Positions 58,970-64,000 of a stretch of DNA of 64,000 bases are shown one piece after another. Position numbers and translations under genes: made by a program. Under the pieces are notes generated by a model. That model did no database searches and was not told where the DNA came from. It was given only the letters and a program-made list of their open reading frames with translations. Within the stretch, counting starts at the first letter, position 1. Every line of letters begins with the position of its first letter. The DNA is from Octopus vulgaris. Lineage: Eukaryota. The stretch lies in NCBI GenBank assembly GCA_951406725.2, contig OX597829.1, positions 35,774,001-35,838,000 on the forward strand, read 5' to 3'.

Positions 58970-60135
58970 CAACTAAGTTTCCGCCATTTATTTGTTAATA
59001 TTGGAATTTATTGCGTTTTTTAATTTTGGAATCTACTTTTTGAGAATTCTATTTTTGAATCATTTTGGAATCTATTTTTTTTTCTAGTAAATTTTACTTA
59101 ATCTTTGTTATTTTCAGATCACTTAAAATGGAATGTCAAGTTAAGAAAAACGAGCATCTTCGACACCTCCATCTTTTTGCTTTGAATCAAGGTTCTAAGG
59201 CCGCAAAAGCTGCTTGCAACATTTGTGCTGTGCATGGAGAGGGTGCCCTAGCTGAAAGAACCACTAGTGATTGGCATGCCAAGTTCAAAAATGGAAATTT
59301 TTACCTTAAAGACGCACCTCGTTATGGTCGTCCAGTTGAGTTCGATGAAGAGCGATTAAACTAACTTTTGCACGAAAATTCTCGTCAAACGACAAGGGAA
59401 CCGGCAGAGAAAAGGGAATGATACTACACTGCTATAGAGAAGCATCTTCATTCGATGGGAGAGGTTCAGAAGTATGGAGCATGTTTTCCACATGCCTTAA
59501 GTGATAACAAAAATCAACGAGCCACAATCACCGCTGGTTTACTCGCTCGTCACCGCTCAACTCATGGACACAAGCAACGATTTCTTTACCGAATCGTTAC
59601 TGGTGACGAAAAATGGAGCCTGTACATCAATATGAAGCAGCGTAAGGAATGGCTTAGCCCCGAAAACGATGTTGTGCGTATGGTGGGAGTGGGAAAGGAT
59701 TATACATTACGAATTGCTTGAACGGAACGAAACGGTCAACGCGGAACTCTATGTTCAATAGATGGAACGATTCAACACGGCTATTCAAGAGAAAATACTT
59801 AATCGGCAGCATGGAATTCTTTTGCTGCTCGACAACGCCCACCCTCATATCGCCAATATGACCAAGGAAGCCATTCAAACGCATGGCTGGGAAGTGCTGC
59901 CACACCCGCCGCACTCTCCTGGTTTGGCACCAACTGATTTTCACCTCTTTCGATCTCTTTCAAATGGTATCCGGTGAGTTTCGTTCAATACTGATGCAGA
60001 ATTGAGCGCTTGGTTGGATCAATTTTTCAAGTCGAAATCGGGTGATTTCTACCAACGAGGTATTGAAAATCTTGTTGAATGTTGGGAAGAATTTTTAAAC
60101 AACTAGGGTGAATACATTATAGATTATTTAGTTAT
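58963..60135 (+). mobile_element. Mariner (DD34D) transposase pseudogene, second family
   Basis: MECQVKKNEHLRH.., IVTGDEKW, LDNAHPH and HPPHSPGLAPTDFHLF. Left TIR TAGGGTAGCAACTAAGTTTCCGCC. Confidence 0.92.
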
Positions 60136-60289
60136 TTTTTTTATTACATGCGTACGTGTATGCATGTGTGCGTGCGTGTGTGTGTGTATGTGTAGATTCA
60201 GATACATATAGATCACATACACAGACACACTCACATACACAATTAAATATGCATAGAAACACAAATGTGTATACATTTATATGTATACA

Positions 60290-60600
60290 TTATATATTCA
60301 AAAAGTGTTTGTAGGAAGACCAATGTGAATTGCTTGCTTGCCGCTGAAACGAATTGGTTTTGTTTACTATGTTCTTTTGTAACGTGTAGTGGGCGTTTTG
60401 ATTTTTAAGTTGCCAGACATACACAACACAGGAAGTAGAGCGGGCCAGCTTAATAGTTTTGAATGAGTGCACATGCATATTAAAGCTTTTCTTGAATTTG
60501 TTGGCTGTTGTGTTGATCTATTATGAAGAGTGTTTCCGTTCAAAGAGCAATCAAAGGTATTTTTAAAATTATAGATTTTAGTGTAAAGAGCTCCATTGGT
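60290..60600 (-). mobile_element. Penelope-like GIY-YIG remnant
   Basis: TTANKFKKSFNMHVHSFK...RSTSCVVYVWQLKNQ parallels the FK.R..NH..SF...ST.LS.YIW.LK motif seen at 34766-35173. Confidence 0.6.
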
Positions 60601-61226
60601 AGTAGAAGTAGATGATATCTCTTCGAAGTTTGCTGCAGAAATAATTAGGGGAGATGCTGAAGAATTATTGACTGACTGGCTAACGTTAATTTGGTATAAT
60701 TGATGTTAATGCTGCAGGAATAGGAGACGAACTACCCTAGAGGCTAAGACCAGAAGTATTTAGAGGCTGATTATTTGGAGTTGATTATCTAAGTATCAGA
60801 GGATTTACGAATTTGTTATTTTTTTAGTTTAAAGTAAAATGGTGTCTGCAAGGTTTGAGGCTGTTGAGTACTATAACTTAACGGTTTACCTACTAAATAT
60901 TTTGTAACATTTGGAAGGTTTTAAGGTGAGAAAAGATTTCAGGTAGACGAATTTTTACCTGAAGATTATGTAACGCATAATACTAATTAACCTTCTTTTC
61001 AATTTTTTTCTATAGAATTTTTTCTCTTGAGCTGCTGGAAATTTAGGTTGTGTTATTGTTAGCTAAATTTCTAGTAATCAGGAGATAGCTGAAGTCTTAA
61101 GGTTTGAGATTTAGTGTTTACCGAGTCCGTAAAGGATGCTTCTGTGTATCTTGGTGCAAAAAATGTATGTGTTAGTATGGGTATTCATAAATATAGTTGC
61201 GCTGCTAAAGCTGTATGTATGGCATA

Positions 61227-61979
61227 CGAGAGTGTACCCAAAAGAAATCGGAATTTTGCAATGTTATTTTATTCGATTAATTTTACATGTTTACACTTTC
61301 ATCGATCCAAGTGCATTTTCTATTCGAAGCAGTACTGGAACTCTTGCGAAATCATACTTTTTAACGCCTTTGTCATTTTTTCCTTCACCTCTTCCATTCT
61401 ACAAATTCCGTAACACCAGCTTTCATCACCAGTAATGACCTTCGAAAAAAAGGTCCAGATCAACTCCCAACTGTTCTTCCAGTTCACAACATGCATTTAG
61501 TTGTAACTGTTTTTGATTTTCTGTGAGTAAGTGAGGCACAAATTTTGATGCAACCATTTTCATTCGCAATTCTTCGCTCAAAATTCGTGGGCACGAGCGT
61601 CAGGACATATCAGTCTTATCAAGAAGTTCCTTAATTGTTCGGCGATGATCCTCCAAAATGTTTTCTTTCGTTCGAGCGGTCGACGGTCGTCCTGAACGGG
61701 GCTGGTCTTCAAACGACAAGTGGCCATTCCTGAAGCGTCGAAACCACTCATAAAGTTTTGTTTTGCTAATGGCAGCGACCTTGTAAGCTGTTTGAAGCAT
61801 GACTACTGTTTCGGTCGCGGTTTTCATGGAAGCACATTGTTTCCTAGTTTCAGCCACCGCAAAATTCTACTGGAAAACAAAGACGCATCACGTGGCAGTT
61901 AGACATAACTTGACAACTTGGCTTCTAGCAGCAGATGCCTGAACTACAACGTTTCCGGTTACTTTTGGGTATGCCCACG
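61227..61979 (-). mobile_element. Internally deleted mariner with both TIRs
   Basis: TA|CGAGAGTGTACCCAAAAGAAATCGGAA ... TTCCGGTTACTTTTGGGTATGCCCACG; ORF 61600-61857 has YEWFRRFRNG..EDQPRSGRPST. Confidence 0.85.
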
Positions 61980-62119
61980 CACGTATATAAGCAAAAGTTT
62001 ACAAAATTCAGACTAACCTAGCGGTTCGGCAAAAGAATCCGATAGAATAAATACTAGGCGAGCTGGCAGAAACGTTAGCACGCCGGGTGAAATGCTTAGT
62101 GGTATTTCGTCTGCAGTTG

Positions 62120-62990
62120 TCCATAGTTATCTTCTTTCCCCTCGACTTTCAAAGAAATATTTACAACAGCAGGACAGCTAACCTTTATTACGGTACATAC
62201 TTTTTCTTATATGCCCAAACAGCAATAACCAGTCTGACAGAAGTTTTGATGGGAATGTTCCACCAGTATTCCTTGTGCTGATATTTGTGAACGCACTCAA
62301 TAATGGAGATTTTGTATATTTATTCCAGGACCCTTTCTTTTTAATGGCATCGTATATTGTTCTTGCGACAACGTCATGTCTCATAGGGATGTAATACCTT
62401 AATGACATTTTGGGGCAGCGACTAATCACATGTATGACGTCTTCTACTGAAATATGACACAATTTGCATTTTCAATTGCATCTTGGAACTCTAAAAGGCT
62501 TCACTGTTTCTTTTTATCATTAGATATTTAGTAGCAATCTCCTGTTCTTGAATTGAAAATGCATAGCCTTTGAAGTGTGATGTAGCGATCAGAAGACCAG
62601 GGGAGATTTCGTTTGGTGCCAATATTACTGCCTTCTTCAAATCTGCGGTAAGCGCACCCATGCATGGTCTTTATTTTCCGTATGATGAGCGTTTCACCTC
62701 CAGGTCTTCTTTGTGGTATGCTAGTGCAGCTGATTTAGGATTGTATAGGAGGTCATCAGGAAGAGAGTACTTCCTGAGGATCCCACTTCCAGCACGTAGG
62801 GTATTGTTTTCACTTTTCAGCTATAAGTTAATGTATTCCTTTTCGCTGCTGTTGTTTAGTAAGTGCTGTCTGAGAGAGACTGTGCAACATTCCAAGGTTG
62901 TCTGCACTGATCTCAAACCGCTATCGCCTTTTTCTCTTCTTAGGTACAACCTGTCAATATCGCCATTACTGTGGATTTTTCCAGTCAGTG
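62120..62990 (-). mobile_element. R4/Dong-like LINE fragment (post-RT region and CCHC), decayed
   Basis: GKIHSNGDIDRLYLRREKG.SGL, PCMG/MHG region, YAFSIQEQEIATKY, CKLC..VEDVIHVISRC and RHDVVAR. Confidence 0.82.
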
Positions 62991-63011
62991 TATGTGTGTA
63001 TGCATACGTGC

Positions 63012-63150
63012 ATGTATGTATGTACGTATGTATGTATGTATGTATGTATGTATGTATGTATGTATGTATGTATGTATGTATGTATGTATGTATGTATGTA
63101 TGTATGTATGTATGTATGTATGTATGTATGTATGTATGTACGTATGTATG

Positions 63151-63184
<34 letters not shown>

Positions 63185-63322
63185 TGTATGTATGTATGTA
63201 TGTATGTATGTATGTATGTATGTATGTATGTATGTATGTATGTATGTATGTATGTATGTATGTATGTATGTATGTATGTATGTATGTATGTATGTATGTA
63301 TGTATGTATGTATGTACGTATG
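63012..63322. repeat. Long (GTAT)n tetranucleotide microsatellite
   Basis: Directly visible. Confidence 0.97.
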
Positions 63323-63454
63323 GATGCATGCATGTCTGTCTGTCTATCTGCCTTGTATTTATGTATATATGTTAATCTTTAACGCTTACCAGGAATAAAC
63401 AGCCGGTCTCCAGCTTAAAAAAAACATTTTATTGGAATTGACACATACACCCAC

Positions 63455-63526
<72 letters not shown>

Positions 63527-63684
63527 TACACACACATTATATTTTTAAAAATCTATTTAAATTACCTTTATGCTCGTGACTTAAAACATTCTGATATACA
63601 CCATCGAAATTTTACGTACACTTATGCACACATACATGTGTGTGCATGTATATGTATGTATATGCATATATATATGTATATATA

Positions 63685-63789
<105 letters not shown>

Positions 63790-64000
63790 AGAGAGAGAGG
63801 AGGAAGAGAGATAGTTCAAATTTACAAAAAAAAAAATGAAGACAAGAGTAGGAATAACAAGCAGGTGTATTAGTCTAACGCTCAGGGAGAATGGAAAAAT
63901 CTTTTACGTTTCGAACCTACGCTCTTCAATAGAAAGGACTAAGAAGAAAATAAAAAGGAGAGAGGAAAAATGTGCAAGGATGACCGGCAAAAGGAGGATG

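Overview
AT-rich, microsatellite-saturated eukaryotic DNA. The SINE families and repeat spectrum fit an octopus-like cephalopod; this is inferred from repeat style, not from a marker gene. No host gene could be established: almost all ORFs in the track are microsatellite translations, and there is only one weak candidate exon (18308-18416). The non-simple sequence is a nested graveyard of transposable elements: Tc1/mariner (DD34D and maT-like), one full-length decayed Chapaev3-type element with TIRs and a 3-bp TSD, a hAT remnant, two non-autonomous Helitrons, R4/Dong LINEs inserted in (TAA)n, RTE and L1/Tx1 remnants, three tRNA-derived SINE families and several Penelope-like (GIY-YIG) remnants. 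The most notable signal, invisible to the ORF track, is a dense set of minimal type-I hammerhead ribozyme (HHR) motifs, about 16 intact-to-decayed copies from several unrelated repeat families. They sit in direct or inverted repeat structures typical of Penelope pLTRs, and five lie within 1.4 kb (12287-13640). One family carries a G3:C8 compensatory swap of the catalytic core in both copies, and another carries a shared A6U change. All structures were read by eye; boundaries of decayed elements are approximate.
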